Below, piece by piece: positions 28,144-38,673 of a stretch of 64,000 nt of DNA (positions are counted from its first letter, which is position 1; every line of letters begins with the position of its first letter). Below the pieces are notes generated by a model. The model did not search any database. It saw only the letters and a list, made by a program, of their open reading frames with translations, and was not told the DNA's origin. The stretch comes from an uncultured delta proteobacterium (GTDB lineage Bacteria; Desulfobacterota; Binatia; JACPRU01), in the NCBI GenBank assembly GCA_963745025.1, contig CAVUWD010000016.1:1024001-1088000 (forward strand). Direction: 5' to 3'. The position numbers and the translations under genes are program-made.

Positions 28144-28542
28144 ATGCGCGTCCGATCCCTCGATCACTTCGTGCTGCGCGTGCGCGATCTCGATCGCTCG
28201 CTCGCATTCTATCGGGGTCTTCTCGGGCTCCCCGTCGAGGGCCTCGACGAGTGCAAGCAGGGAAGTCGCCCGTTCGTCTCGATCCGCATCGGAGAATCGC
28301 TTCTCGATCTCGTTCCCGACCCGACCTTCGATCCGGCATCGGCCGACGAAGGGCCCTTCCTGCATTTCTGCGTGACCCTCGAGGATCTCCCGGGGGCGAT
28401 TCGCGTGCTTCGCGAAGCCGGTGTCCGGTTCCTTCACGACGAACCCGTGGCGCGCGGCGGAGCGCGGGGTGTCGGCCTCTCGATCTACGCGCAGGACCCC
28501 GACGGGTACGTCGTCGAGCTGAAGGAGTGGAGCGGCCGCTAG
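28144..28542 (+). CDS. VOC/glyoxalase family protein
   Basis: LDHFVLRVRDL...FY, HFC, YAQDPDGYVVEL. Confidence 0.9.
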   Translation: MRVRSLDHFVLRVRDLDRSLAFYRGLLGLPVEGLDECKQGSRPFVSIRIGESLLDLVPDPTFDPASADEGPFLHFCVTLEDLPGAIRVLREAGVRFLHDEPVARGGARGVGLSIYAQDPDGYVVELKEWSGR

Positions 28543-28762
28543 CCCCGATAGGAAATTCCCGTCTGCCCCTTCGATCCGAAATCCGCACGGGTCCTGTCGT
28601 CGGCGCAGCCCCCGCCGTGCTCGCTGCGCGCCCCCGTCGGTCGCAACTCATCTCCCGTCGAGGGGCATGCTGGTGAAGCAGCCCCGGGACTTCGCCCCGC
28701 ATTCGCTGCGCGCGGCGAATGCGCCCCACGCCGACGCCACCCGAGCGAAGTTCGGATCGAGG

Positions 28763-30349
28763 CTAGGAGTCGGCGCCGAGCTCCCGGTCGACGTCGGCCG
28801 CGACTTCGTCGCGATCGCGAGCGGTGTCGATGATCCTGTGCCGGGCGGGGGCGGGAACGGTGATGGGCGTCGCTTCCGCGCGCTGGCGGAGATAGATTTC
28901 CTCGGTCGCGTCGGAGACTTCGTCCGGTCGTTTCTGCCGGTCGCGCAGGCGACGCAGCACCTCTTCTTCCCTTGCTCGGCATTCGAGGAACGTCACCGGC
29001 ACGTTCGCGGCGCGCGCCACGGCCAGCGCCTCGCGTAGATCGGAGGGGTCGAGAAACGTGGCGTCGAGCACGACGCCGCGGCCTGCCGCGAGTGATTCCC
29101 GCGCTCCCTCGAAGAGCGCCGCGTACGTCCTTCGCGTCGAATCGGCGGCGTAGAGCGAGCGTGCCGATTCCGGATCGGAGTGCTGGAAGCGAGGCACGCG
29201 GGCAAGTCGCTTGCGCGTCAGATCCGAGCTGAGGATCGCAAAGCCGCTCAGATCCCCGACGACCTGCGCAACGGTCGACTTGCCGGTTCCTGACAGCCCG
29301 CAGACGACGACCAGCTCGGGCGGTCGCCGTCCTTGCGCGTAGCGCGCGGCCAGCCGGAAATAGCGGCGCGCGGCTTCCCGTGCCTCTTCCCGCTCGGGCG
29401 CGCCCACTTCCGGCTCGCAGCTGCGCAAGATCTCGACCTTTCCCCGTACCAGCGCCCGGTGGCAGCGATAGAATTCCAGCAGATCGTGAAGCTCTCGATC
29501 GCCGCAGGCCTCGCCGTAGGCTCGAGCGAATCCTTCGGCGAGCGCCGGGAAACCGAGGAAATCCAGGTCCATCGCCAAGAAGGCGATCTCCGATGCCACG
29601 TCGGTCGAACGCAGGCGTTCACTGAATTCGACGCAATCGAAGATGTCGAGCGCTGCGTTCAAGCAGATGTGCTCGGCGCGCAGATCGCCGTGCCCCTCGC
29701 GGATCCTCCCTTCCCTGACGCGGCGTCGCAGCAGCTCTTCGTGCTCGTCCAAGAACTTCTCGAGGTACCGCCGGAGCTCGCGGATTCGCGATCCCGAAAC
29801 GGCATCGCCGGCAACCGCCGCGCACTCGGCCAGATTGCCGAGCACCGTCTCGCCGATGACCTCGCGGCTTCCATAGGTCTCGCCCCGATCCTGACAGGAG
29901 GCATGGAACGCGACGAGCTTCGCGGCCACCCGTTCGAGGTCGGCGGCACCGGCCGTCCCCTGCGCGAGCCGTCGGTCGAGCATTGCCTCTTCGGGTAACC
30001 GCCGCATCGCCACGAGATAGTCCTCGGCCTCGCCCCCGAGCTCGTCGATCGAGCCGATGGCGAAGCCGTCGTCGTGGCGTCGCACGGCGACGACGCCGAG
30101 ATAGACCGCGGGAGCGAGCCGGCGATTGAGCCGCACCTCGGCGAGACACGATTCGAGGCGCCGCTCCCGGCTCGAATAATCCAAGAAGCGAAAGCGAACC
30201 GGCTTCTTCAGCTTGTAGACGAAGCTGCCGGCGAGAAAGACCCACGAGATGTGCGTCTGCCGAACCTCCACGCTCCGCGGACGATGCGGATAGAAGCTCG
30301 GTTGCGCGAGAGTTTCGACGAGCGATGCGTGGGACGCTCCTTCGGCCAC
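28763..30349 (-). CDS. Bifunctional APH-like/AAA_33 P-loop kinase (Rv2004c-like)
   Basis: QTHISWVFL, YKLKKP, EVRLNRRLAP, GHGDLR, FDCVEF, CGLSGTGKS, LDATF; start approximate. Confidence 0.88.
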   Translation of the reverse strand: MAEGASHASLVETLAQPSFYPHRPRSVEVRQTHISWVFLAGSFVYKLKKPVRFRFLDYSSRERRLESCLAEVRLNRRLAPAVYLGVVAVRRHDDGFAIGSIDELGGEAEDYLVAMRRLPEEAMLDRRLAQGTAGAADLERVAAKLVAFHASCQDRGETYGSREVIGETVLGNLAECAAVAGDAVSGSRIRELRRYLEKFLDEHEELLRRRVREGRIREGHGDLRAEHICLNAALDIFDCVEFSERLRSTDVASEIAFLAMDLDFLGFPALAEGFARAYGEACGDRELHDLLEFYRCHRALVRGKVEILRSCEPEVGAPEREEAREAARRYFRLAARYAQGRRPPELVVVCGLSGTGKSTVAQVVGDLSGFAILSSDLTRKRLARVPRFQHSDPESARSLYAADSTRRTYAALFEGARESLAAGRGVVLDATFLDPSDLREALAVARAANVPVTFLECRAREEEVLRRLRDRQKRPDEVSDATEEIYLRQRAEATPITVPAPARHRIIDTARDRDEVAADVDRELGADS

Positions 30350-30572
30350 GAGTTCCGCCTCCCTACCAGTTGGAGCCACTTCGATCCGTTCGTCAAGCAG
30401 TGCTCGGCGTCCCGCACTCGATGTCCGTATCCCCCTTCGAGGGTTTCTCAGCGCGGGCTGACGCCCGCAACCCAAGTGCCGAATTTTGTCACTGCTTCTC
30501 CAAATTCTTCGCGTGGCGCGACGATTCTCGGAACTAGTAGCTCAGCGCGAGTGGAGGAGTACACTGGCGATC

Positions 30573-31847
30573 GTGCCCCAGAGCCTCGAGATGCTGACCC
30601 GCCTCGGCGTTGCGCTCGCGATCGGCTTGTTGATCGGCCTCGAGCGCGGCTGGCACCAGCGAAACCTCCCCGAAGGTGAGCGCGTCGCCGGTTTCCGCAC
30701 CTTCGGTCTCGTCAGCCTGCTCGGTGCTGCCGCGGTGGTTCTCGCCGGCGAGCAAGCTCTCATTCTCGCGGCGATCGCCGTGGCGCTCGGCATCATTGCA
30801 GGCATCGGTTATTTCCGCGTCTCACGAACTCAACGAGGCCATAGCGCCACCGGGACGGTCGCGCTGCTTCTGACGTTTTCCCTCGGCGCCATGGCCGGGC
30901 GCGGCTACCTGGAGGTGGCGTCTTCAGCCGCCGTGGTCGTCACGCTCCTCCTCGGCGTCAAGCCAGAGCTTCACGGCCTGGTCCGCGCGATCGAGCGAGA
31001 GGAGCTCCTCGGAACCATCCGATTGCTGCTCATCTCGGTCGTGCTGCTGCCGATCCTGCCAAACCGCGGGTTCGGACCATGGCAGGCCCTGAACCCGTAC
31101 CGCATCTGGTGGATGGTCGTGCTCGTGGCCGGCGTCTCCTACCTCGGTTACTTCGCCAAGCGGATCTGCGGCCGCGAGCGCGGCTACCTCGTGACCGGCG
31201 TGCTCGGAGGGATCGTCTCCTCCACGGCGGTCACGCTCACGCTTTCGCGTCGCGCCGGCGCCAGCCGCGCCGACCTCGACGCCCTCGGCGCGGGAATCGT
31301 GGTCGCCTGCTCGATGATGTTTCTTCGCTTGCTGTTGGTCGTGAGCCCGATCGCCCCCGCGCTGACGAGGCCGCTGGCAGCGCCACTTGCCGTCGCCGCG
31401 ACCGTCGGCTTCGCCGGCGGCGCCGTGTTGGCGTTCCGCTCGCGCGGCGAGCGAGCGCGGCGCGCAGAACGAGACGTCGAGCTCCGAAATCCCCTCGACT
31501 TGGCGAGCGCGATCAAGTTCGGTTTCATCCTCGCGGCCGTCATGTTCCTGTCGCGCGGCTTGACCAAATCGATGGGCGACAACGGCCTCTACCTCCTTGC
31601 AGCGTTGGCCGGTCTCGCCGATGTGGACGCGATCGCGCTGTCGGCAGCCGCGATGTCGACACAAGGGCAAGCAACGACGGGCGCGGCGCTGACTGCGCTG
31701 CTCCTCGCGGTGGCGGCCAACACGGTCACCAAGGGTGCGCTCGCATGGGTACTGGGAAGGTCGGCGCTCGGTCTCCGGGTCGCCCTACCCATGGCCTCCT
31801 CGCTCGCCGCCGGCGCGGCCGCCTTCATGGCCACCCGCGTGCTCTGA
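30573..31847 (+). CDS. MgtC/SapB family membrane protein with DUF4010
   Basis: GLLIGLER, AGFRTF, LGGIVSSTAVT, GLADVDA; start 30573 or 30591. Confidence 0.88.
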   Translation: MPQSLEMLTRLGVALAIGLLIGLERGWHQRNLPEGERVAGFRTFGLVSLLGAAAVVLAGEQALILAAIAVALGIIAGIGYFRVSRTQRGHSATGTVALLLTFSLGAMAGRGYLEVASSAAVVVTLLLGVKPELHGLVRAIEREELLGTIRLLLISVVLLPILPNRGFGPWQALNPYRIWWMVVLVAGVSYLGYFAKRICGRERGYLVTGVLGGIVSSTAVTLTLSRRAGASRADLDALGAGIVVACSMMFLRLLLVVSPIAPALTRPLAAPLAVAATVGFAGGAVLAFRSRGERARRAERDVELRNPLDLASAIKFGFILAAVMFLSRGLTKSMGDNGLYLLAALAGLADVDAIALSAAAMSTQGQATTGAALTALLLAVAANTVTKGALAWVLGRSALGLRVALPMASSLAAGAAAFMATRVL

Positions 31848-31869
31848 GAGTGGCGACCGCGAACCGCCC

Positions 31870-33045
31870 TCAGCCCCGCGATGCCGAGAGGTCGTCGACG
31901 CGAGCCGCATAGCGCTCCGGCTGCGCCTCGAACTGGCGCTGGCAGGCGAGCGAGCAGAAGCGGTACGGCAGGCCGTCGTGTACCGTCGCGAACGGCGCCA
32001 GCGCCGGGTCGAACTCGGTCCCGCAAACGACGTCGATGAGCGGAGCGACGGGTGAACCGGACTGGCTGGTACGGGACGGCAGCGGTCGCGTCTCGGCCGT
32101 GACGCGCGGTAAGAGCCGTTCGACGTCTTCCCTCCGGCAGAGCTGCGTTCCCTCGTGGATCACCGCGGCGGTTCCGGCTGCGACGCCGAGGCGGCACGCT
32201 CCCTCGAGCGGGTCGCCGCGCGACAGCGCGAGAACGAACGCCGCGAGGAACGCGTCGCCCGCACCCACCTTGCTCAGCACTTCGACCGCCGGCGGACGGA
32301 CACGCACGGCTTCGGTCGCCGTGACCACCAGCGCGCCCTCGCCGCCGAGCGTCACCGCCACGATCTCTACGCCTGAGGCGACGATGTCTTGCGCCACCTG
32401 GAGGATCTGGGCGTCGTCGCGAAGCTCCTTCCCCGCCAGGCGCGCGAGCTCGTTCTCGTTCGGCTTGATGCCATACGGGCGCGCTTCGATTCCCACCCGC
32501 AGCGCGTCATCGTCGGCGTCGAGGAAGCAGCGTGCGCCCGCCCGGCCGAGATCGCGAATCAGACGGGCGTAGAAATCGACGGGAATTCCACGCGGTAAGC
32601 TGCCGCCAAGGACCCACCAGGGCGGCATGGGCGCGCGGCCGAGGATGAGCGCGGCCAGCCGATCCGCCTCGTCGAGCGTCACCCACGGGCCTGGCGAGCT
32701 GATGCGCGTCTGCGTCCGATCCGAGCGGTCCGTGAAGATGAAGTTGATCCGCGTCTCCTCGAGCACCTCCACCGATTCGAATGCGATGCCGCGCTCGCGG
32801 AGAAGCCTCTTGACGATGTAGCCGGCGCCTCCACCGGTGAGACCGAACGCCAGCGTCTCGGCGCCGAGCTCCCTCAGCACGCGCGAAACGTTGATGCCCT
32901 TGCCTCCCGGATCGCGGCGGATGTCGCGCGCCCGGATTGCGTCGTCCTTGACGAGTCGATCGATCAGGATGTGCTGATCGATCGACGGATTCATGGTCAC
33001 GGTCGCGATCGGAGGTTTGGGGCTCGTCGCCCCGCTTGGGGTCAT
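31870..33045 (-). CDS. 1-phosphofructokinase-family (PfkB) hexose kinase with C-terminal YHS domain
   Basis: TMNPSID, GGKGINV, KPNENE, VGAGDA; C-terminal DVVCG...YRFCSLAC..QF..QPERY. Confidence 0.88.
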   Translation of the reverse strand: MTPSGATSPKPPIATVTMNPSIDQHILIDRLVKDDAIRARDIRRDPGGKGINVSRVLRELGAETLAFGLTGGGAGYIVKRLLRERGIAFESVEVLEETRINFIFTDRSDRTQTRISSPGPWVTLDEADRLAALILGRAPMPPWWVLGGSLPRGIPVDFYARLIRDLGRAGARCFLDADDDALRVGIEARPYGIKPNENELARLAGKELRDDAQILQVAQDIVASGVEIVAVTLGGEGALVVTATEAVRVRPPAVEVLSKVGAGDAFLAAFVLALSRGDPLEGACRLGVAAGTAAVIHEGTQLCRREDVERLLPRVTAETRPLPSRTSQSGSPVAPLIDVVCGTEFDPALAPFATVHDGLPYRFCSLACQRQFEAQPERYAARVDDLSASRG

Positions 33046-33229
33046 GCTCGGCGGAGCTGCGAGAGCCGTGCCATTCGCCTGGTGGCGCTCACACGATCGA
33101 GGATTCTCACGGTTGAGAGAGAGCGCGGAGGTCATTCCTGAATCTGAGACTCCACTTCCCGTGAGCCCCGATCAGCCATACTCCCGATGTTTCGTGACGG
33201 TGGTACGAAACCTGCTGATACCGAGAGGT

Positions 33230-33742
33230 ATGCGGCTTTCCGAAGTCATCTCGTATTGTGCGGGGATCGAGCGCATGATCGCCGAGATCTACGAAAGCTT
33301 CGCCGAGCGCTGGCCGGAGCCGCCGATCGGGACCCTTTGGCATCAGTTGGCAACTGAAGAGATCGGCCACGGCATGCTCCTCGACAACGCCGCACGTTTC
33401 CCCGCCGCGAACCGCGACGACCCGGGGCTCGACGCCGCGAAGCTCACCGCGCTTCGCGAAGCGGTCGCGGCTCGATTCCTGTCGCCGGAGGCATCGCTGG
33501 ATGACGCCTTCGCGGCCGCGCTCGATCTCGAGCAGCTCGAGCTCGACAACGTGTATCGCCGCCTGCTCGCGCTCACCAGCGACGACTCACGGATGTCGAC
33601 GGCGTTTCGCTCCACTCTCGGTCAGGTCAGTGGTCACGAGAGTAGGCTCCTCTCCGCGATCGAGAAGCACGCCAAGGATGCGAAGCTCGTCGAGCGTGCC
33701 GCTCGTGACCGCCGGCGGATGCTTCAGCACGGCGCGGCCTAG
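33230..33742 (+). CDS. Ferritin/rubrerythrin-like protein
   Basis: IE...IY..FA, EEIGH, LE...VY...H four-helix pattern. Confidence 0.7.
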   Translation: MRLSEVISYCAGIERMIAEIYESFAERWPEPPIGTLWHQLATEEIGHGMLLDNAARFPAANRDDPGLDAAKLTALREAVAARFLSPEASLDDAFAAALDLEQLELDNVYRRLLALTSDDSRMSTAFRSTLGQVSGHESRLLSAIEKHAKDAKLVERAARDRRRMLQHGAA

Positions 33743-33822
33743 CACTGCGGGCACGACGCCGACACTGACTCCGGGCACGGCGGCGCTCGGCTTCGGCGCG
33801 AGCGGGTGCCGCCGGTGGGCGA

Positions 33823-34017
33823 CTAACCCCTCTTTGCCCGTTCTCGCGCGGCCACCATCTCCCCGACCTCCAATGCCTTGCGGACCTTCGGCTCGGTCAA
33901 GGCGCGCCGCTCGAGACGGCGGCGGCGAAGCGGCTTGGCCACGTATTCGTCCATGAGGATGAAGGCGATCGTGAAGAGGATGAGGAAGATGCCCGCATTG
34001 GAAAACGTGATCTCCAT
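33823..34017 (-). CDS. Small single-TM membrane protein downstream of MMPL
   Basis: RBS agga; one hydrophobic helix followed by a basic tail. Confidence 0.6.
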   Translation of the reverse strand: MEITFSNAGIFLILFTIAFILMDEYVAKPLRRRRLERRALTEPKVRKALEVGEMVAARERAKRG

Positions 34018-34044
34018 GAGAGTCCTACTTTCTCGATCGCCGCC

Positions 34045-36445
34045 TCAGGCGCTCGCAGCGCCCGCGCGAGTCGGCGCTTCGGCCGACGTGATCTCGCGCG
34101 TGATGAACTTCGGTTTCACGAGCAAGATCAACACCGGCATCAGGGTTTGCGACGCGACGAAGCTGACGCCCATCCAGATTGCCAGCAGGCCGCCCATCTC
34201 CGCGTCGAATCGGATGTTCGACGTGGTCCAGAGCAAGGTGCTCATCACCATCGTCACGGCCGTGAAAGTAACGCCCTTTCCGGTGGTGCACAACGCGATC
34301 TTCGTGGCTTCGTAGAGATCCTTCGTCACGCGGATCTCTTCGATGATTCGGCTGACGATGTAGAGGCCGTAATCGATGCCGAATCCGATGCCCACCGTCA
34401 CCACGGGCAGCGTATGCAGGTTCACGCCGATGTTGCGCAGGCTCATGTACGCGTTGACGAAGGCATTCGAAACGAAGAGCGGCAATAGCATGTAAATCCC
34501 GGCCGTGAAGGACCGATACGTGAAGAGTAGAATGAGGTAGATCGTGACCAACCCGAGGAGGTTCATCAGAATGTCGTTGTGTACGATCTCCTCGTTGGCC
34601 GCCGCCGTCACACCGATCAGGCCACCTGCCAGCCGGAAGTTGACCTTGTCCGACGGAAATTTTTCTATGAAGTCGCGGCAGCGGTTGATGATTCGCGCCA
34701 CGGTATCCCCCTGGTGGTTCCGGCAGAAGAAGGTGACGTGTCCGTTCGTGTACGAAGGATCCAGGTACTTCGCCGTCTCGGTCGGCGGCGACCCCGCGAA
34801 GAAGATGAAGAAGAGGTTCGCGATGCGTCCGACCTCCTCGGGAATCACGCCCCACCGCGGCTCGGTGTCGAGGAAGACCATGTTGATCGACTGCACGATG
34901 TCGGAAAGCGAGAAGCTGTAGCCGACGTCGGGATCACGATCGACGTAGCGCTGGAACGATTCCATCGCTTCGAGCGTCCTCGGCTCCTTCAGCGCCTTCT
35001 TCTCCTTGCCCTCGACCACGATGATCAGCGGCTCGACGCCGCCGAACTTGTTGGATGCGCGTGTGTGATTGGTTGTAGGGGGAATCGGGCCAGAGCAGCG
35101 GCGAGGCCGCCGTCGGATCACCGATCGTCAGGCCGCGGAGGAAGATCAGCGAGAAAACGAAGATTCCTGCCCACACGATGACGGTGATCGCTTTACCTGC
35201 GTTCGACAGCGTCGCGTCCGTCAGGCGATCCATGAAGGTCTTGAACCAGCCTTCCTCGCGGAGCATGACCATCTCGGGCTCGGGGGCCCTCAGGTAGTAG
35301 TAGACGATCGGGTTCAGCAGGACCTCGGAGACGGTGATCGCGAAGATCCACCACGAGGCGGTGATGGCGAGCTTCTGCAGCATCACCACCGGAATCAGCA
35401 TGATCACCAGCACGCCGAATGCGTCGGTGACGATCCCGGAGAAGGTCGGCACGAAGAGCTCGGCGAACGCGGCGACGATCGCCTTGCGCTTGTCCCAGTC
35501 GTTCTTCAGGTACTCCTCGTAGTAGCGGTCGTGCATCTGGATGGCGTGGCTCACCGCGCGCGCGGTGATCAGGAACGGCATCACGAGCATCAGCGGGTCG
35601 AGAGCAAAGCCGATCAGGTGGATGAAGCCGAGACCCCAGAACGCCGCGAGAAGCCCGGTGATCGTCGGCCGGAGCGCGCCGCGCCAGTCGTGGAAGTACA
35701 TCCAGCGCAGCACCCACTCGATGCAGTACGTGACCACCAGGATCCAGAAGACGTCGTTGGCGTAGCTGTAGACCCAGCCGTACAGACGGGGCTCACCTGC
35801 CACCCAGATCCGCGTATTGTCGTCCTGGTACGGCGCGATGATCTTCTCGTTGATGTCGTGGAAGATCTGCGGGTAGTCGATCCGTCCCTCGAGGAAGTTG
35901 GCGCGGATGAGTGCAGCCTTGTCATCCAGCGACACGAGGATTCCGTGCAGGTTCTCCGAGAAATGCACGATGTCTCGGGTGTTCGCCACCTCCTTGTCCG
36001 ACACCGGCGGACGCCGCATGACGGGGGGTGACGAGATGGAGCCGCCCTGCATCGTCAGATAGCGAGTCGAGCGATGGCCGATCGAGTCGATCTGATCGTG
36101 GTTGACGCCGGGGAGGACGTCGACGGCCTGCGTCGCCTTGAAGATCCTGGTGAGAGTTTCCCGGCTGAAAATGCTGCCTTCCTTCACCTCGAACATGATC
36201 GTGATGTTGTTGGCGCCGCCGAACTGCGATGCGTACTTGTCGTGCACCGCGATGAACGGGTGCCGGTAGGGGAGCAGCTCGCCAAAGCTGGTGAACATCT
36301 GGAGCTGCATCGATTCGTAGGTCATGAAGGCCGTGAAGGCGACCGTGACTAGGGAGACCCACATCCGGTTGTCGATCAGCCAGTCGCCAACCTTGTAGAG
36401 CGCTGCCTTTTGCTCTTCTGGTGACTGGGCTTGCGTCTCGATCAT
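34045..36445 (-). CDS. MMPL/RND-family transporter, frameshift near 35050
   Basis: Two RND halves (FGGANN / FGGVEP, GIGFGIDYGLY); the frame changes at YNQSHTRI / NKFGG. Confidence 0.88.
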
Positions 36446-36458
36446 GGATTCTCTCCCT

Positions 36459-36484
36459 CTATCTATCCTGCCTATCTATCCTGC
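36459..36484. repeat. 13-bp tandem direct repeat upstream of MMPL RBS
   Basis: ctatctatcctgc twice in tandem. Confidence 0.7.
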
Positions 36485-36724
36485 GGGCGTGTCGGTACGG
36501 CGCCCTAGGCGGTGCAGCGCGCTGGGGGAATATCTCACTTACTTACTCCTGTCGACTTCCCGCCTGATCGTTCTCATCGGCCAACCTCGATGATCCACGG
36601 CCACGAGGTCATCCGTGTCGATTCCCCCTGTAGACCTCGCGCAACCAGCACGGAGCTTTCGCGCCCAGCGAGGCGCATCAAGCAACCGCAGGATTTTGGT
36701 GGTACAGCAGAGTCGGCCAAACCA

Positions 36725-36811
36725 GCCGGGGTGGCGAAACGGTAGACGCAGGGGACTTAAAATCCCCTCGGGGGGTAACTCCCGGTGAGGGTTCGATTCC
36801 CTCCCCCGGCA
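36725..36811 (+). tRNA. tRNA-Leu (anticodon TAA)
   Basis: Acceptor GCCGGGG/CCCCGGC-A, anticodon arm GGGGA-CTTAAAA-TCCCC, long variable arm, T arm GAGGG-TTCGATT-CCCTC; CCA not encoded. Confidence 0.95.
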
Positions 36812-36825
36812 GTCATTCCAACGAG

Positions 36826-37915
36826 TTAACTCTTCTCCCGCTTGCGATCGATCGACACGACTTCAGCCTTTTGTCCCAACGCTTCCCCAACGCGGCCCAA
36901 TGCGGCCTCGCGGAGGTCGTTTTCGCTCGTGATGTTGTAGCGGTCGAAGATCGAGCGCGTTTTGTGGCCGAGGATCTTCATGGCCGTGCTTTCATGCACA
37001 CCGCGACGCACCATGTCTCGGGCGGCCGTGCGACGGAAATCGCGGAAGAGCATACCGGGAACCCCAGCTCGCTGGCACGCCGACTGCCACGCCGAATTGA
37101 TGTCCTTGAGTGGCATTCCGTCGCGGTGGAAGACGTGGCGCACTATGACGCCGTGTTCCCGCTCGAGTGCCGTGGTCTTTTCGTCCCATTCCCTGAGCGC
37201 AGCGAGCGCCTCCGGCGGGAAATAGGCTATGCGGCCTTCGCTCTTCGTGGTGCCGGGGTCGAGCACGATCCTCCCGGTTGTGAGATCGACCTGCCGGCGC
37301 TCGAGCCGCAGTAGTTCACCCTTCCGCCATCCCATCCAGAAGGCGACGGCTACGAGCGGTCGCAGGTGGTCGGGGAGCTCGGCGCGGACCTTCTCGAAAG
37401 CGCCCCGCTCGAAGAAGCCCGTTCGAAACGTTCTCGAGGCGGATCGTCGGGAAGTGGGGAACGCGCATTACCTTGTCTGCCTGTGCTCCGAGGCGGAACA
37501 TGCGGCGCAGCGCCGCGAGCTCGAGCGCGACCGTGCCCCGGGCCGCTTTCTCGGCGAGCCGCGTCTCGATGCAGTGACGGATACGCGGCGTGCTCACCGC
37601 AACGGCCAGGTCCCCACCGAAGACCGGATCCAGGTGCGCCCACCGCTTCTCGAGGTCCTTTACGCGCTTGTCGTTGATCTCGTAGTCGCGCTTCAGGTCG
37701 GCGTAGAGATCCGTTACGCGCGTATGTGCCGCGTCAGGATTGAAGCGGCCCTCGCTCATATCGGCGAGTCGCTTGCCGAGTAAATCGAGCGCCTCGCTGC
37801 GCGTTCGCGCTTCCGTGCGGATCTCCGCTCGCTTGCCTGCCGACGTGCTGATCCGAAGGAACCACGTCTTGCCCCGCCGCCGGACGCTGCCCTGACGATT
37901 GGCGCGCTTGCTCAT
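36826..37915 (-). pseudogene. Tyrosine recombinase/integrase, frameshifted near 37430
   Basis: LENV / RTGFFE junction; GWRKGE, FRDFRR (His of HxxR replaced by Arg), LGHKT, DRYNI. Confidence 0.85.
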
Positions 37916-38097
37916 TGTCGGCCTCCCTTCTTCTCCTTCCGTGCGAGGTAGTCCGCCACGGCTTCGCGGATCATGTCTCGAATGGTCGTGTCCTCATCGA
38001 CGGCGAGATGCTGCAACCGTCGGTACATCTCCCGTTCGAAAGTCGCGGTAGTCGTGATGAGCTCCCCTGCTTCCATCTTCGGTTTTCTCCCTTTCAT
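37912..38097 (-). CDS. Ribbon-helix-helix DNA-binding protein
   Basis: TTTATFEREMYRRLQHLAVDEDTTIRDMIREAVADYL; overlaps the int start (ATGA). Confidence 0.75.
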   Translation of the reverse strand: MKGRKPKMEAGELITTTATFEREMYRRLQHLAVDEDTTIRDMIREAVADYLARKEKKGGRQ

Positions 38098-38142
38098 GGA
38101 AGATATCGTAGTACGGTAGTAGTTAGCTATGCAAGTAGAAAC

Positions 38143-38502
38143 TTATGCTCGCCCGTACTTTGGGCGGTTCCGTATCCACTTCTCGAGCTCGCTCCTGATC
38201 CAGCGTGGGGTGCCGGCGAGTGAGCGCCGAGGCGGGAGGTCGGCGACGTGCTTCTCTACCCACGACCGCGAAACGCCGAGAAGACGGGCGACACCGGCGT
38301 AATCCAGCAGAACGTCGTCGCCGTGTGGATCGGGCGGCGCTGACCTCCCGTTCTTGCCGGAGGCGGCCAGTGTCACAAGGACGACGGTGGCTCGTGCTGC
38401 GAGGGTCCGCACCGCGTCGGGAGGCAGGGCCTCGGCGACGGTTGGGTCGGCGGCGATCTCGTCGAGGGTCGGGACGGGGTGGAGATCTCGGTTGGCGTTC
38501 AC
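38143..38502 (-). CDS. Excisionase/AlpA-like HTH protein
   Basis: LLDYAGVARLLGVSRSWV...PRWIRSELEKWI. Confidence 0.78.
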   Translation of the reverse strand: MNANRDLHPVPTLDEIAADPTVAEALPPDAVRTLAARATVVLVTLAASGKNGRSAPPDPHGDDVLLDYAGVARLLGVSRSWVEKHVADLPPRRSLAGTPRWIRSELEKWIRNRPKYGRA

Positions 38503-38620
38503 GATGGTTCCTACACCGGCTCAGACGGGGCGGATGCGCTGACAAACCGTCCCGCCGTGGGAGGGGTGGTTGACGTTCCGAGATCGAGGGTCTTGGCGGT
38601 CGAACCTACTCCGCAAACCG

Positions 38621-38655
38621 AAAGAGGGCGGCGCGCCCATGAGGCGTCGCCCTCT
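38621..38655 (-). terminator. Possible intrinsic terminator of the PT-repeat gene
   Basis: agagggcggcgc...gcgtcgccctct hairpin with a short U-run on the minus strand. Confidence 0.4.
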
Positions 38656-38673
38656 CTTACTTTCCGACGTCTC

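Noticed and set aside
36725-36811. bldA-like regulatory role for tRNA-Leu(TAA)
   Set aside because: TTA codons occur in ordinary genes here (thiolase, SDR, kinase, amidase); nothing supports developmental gating.
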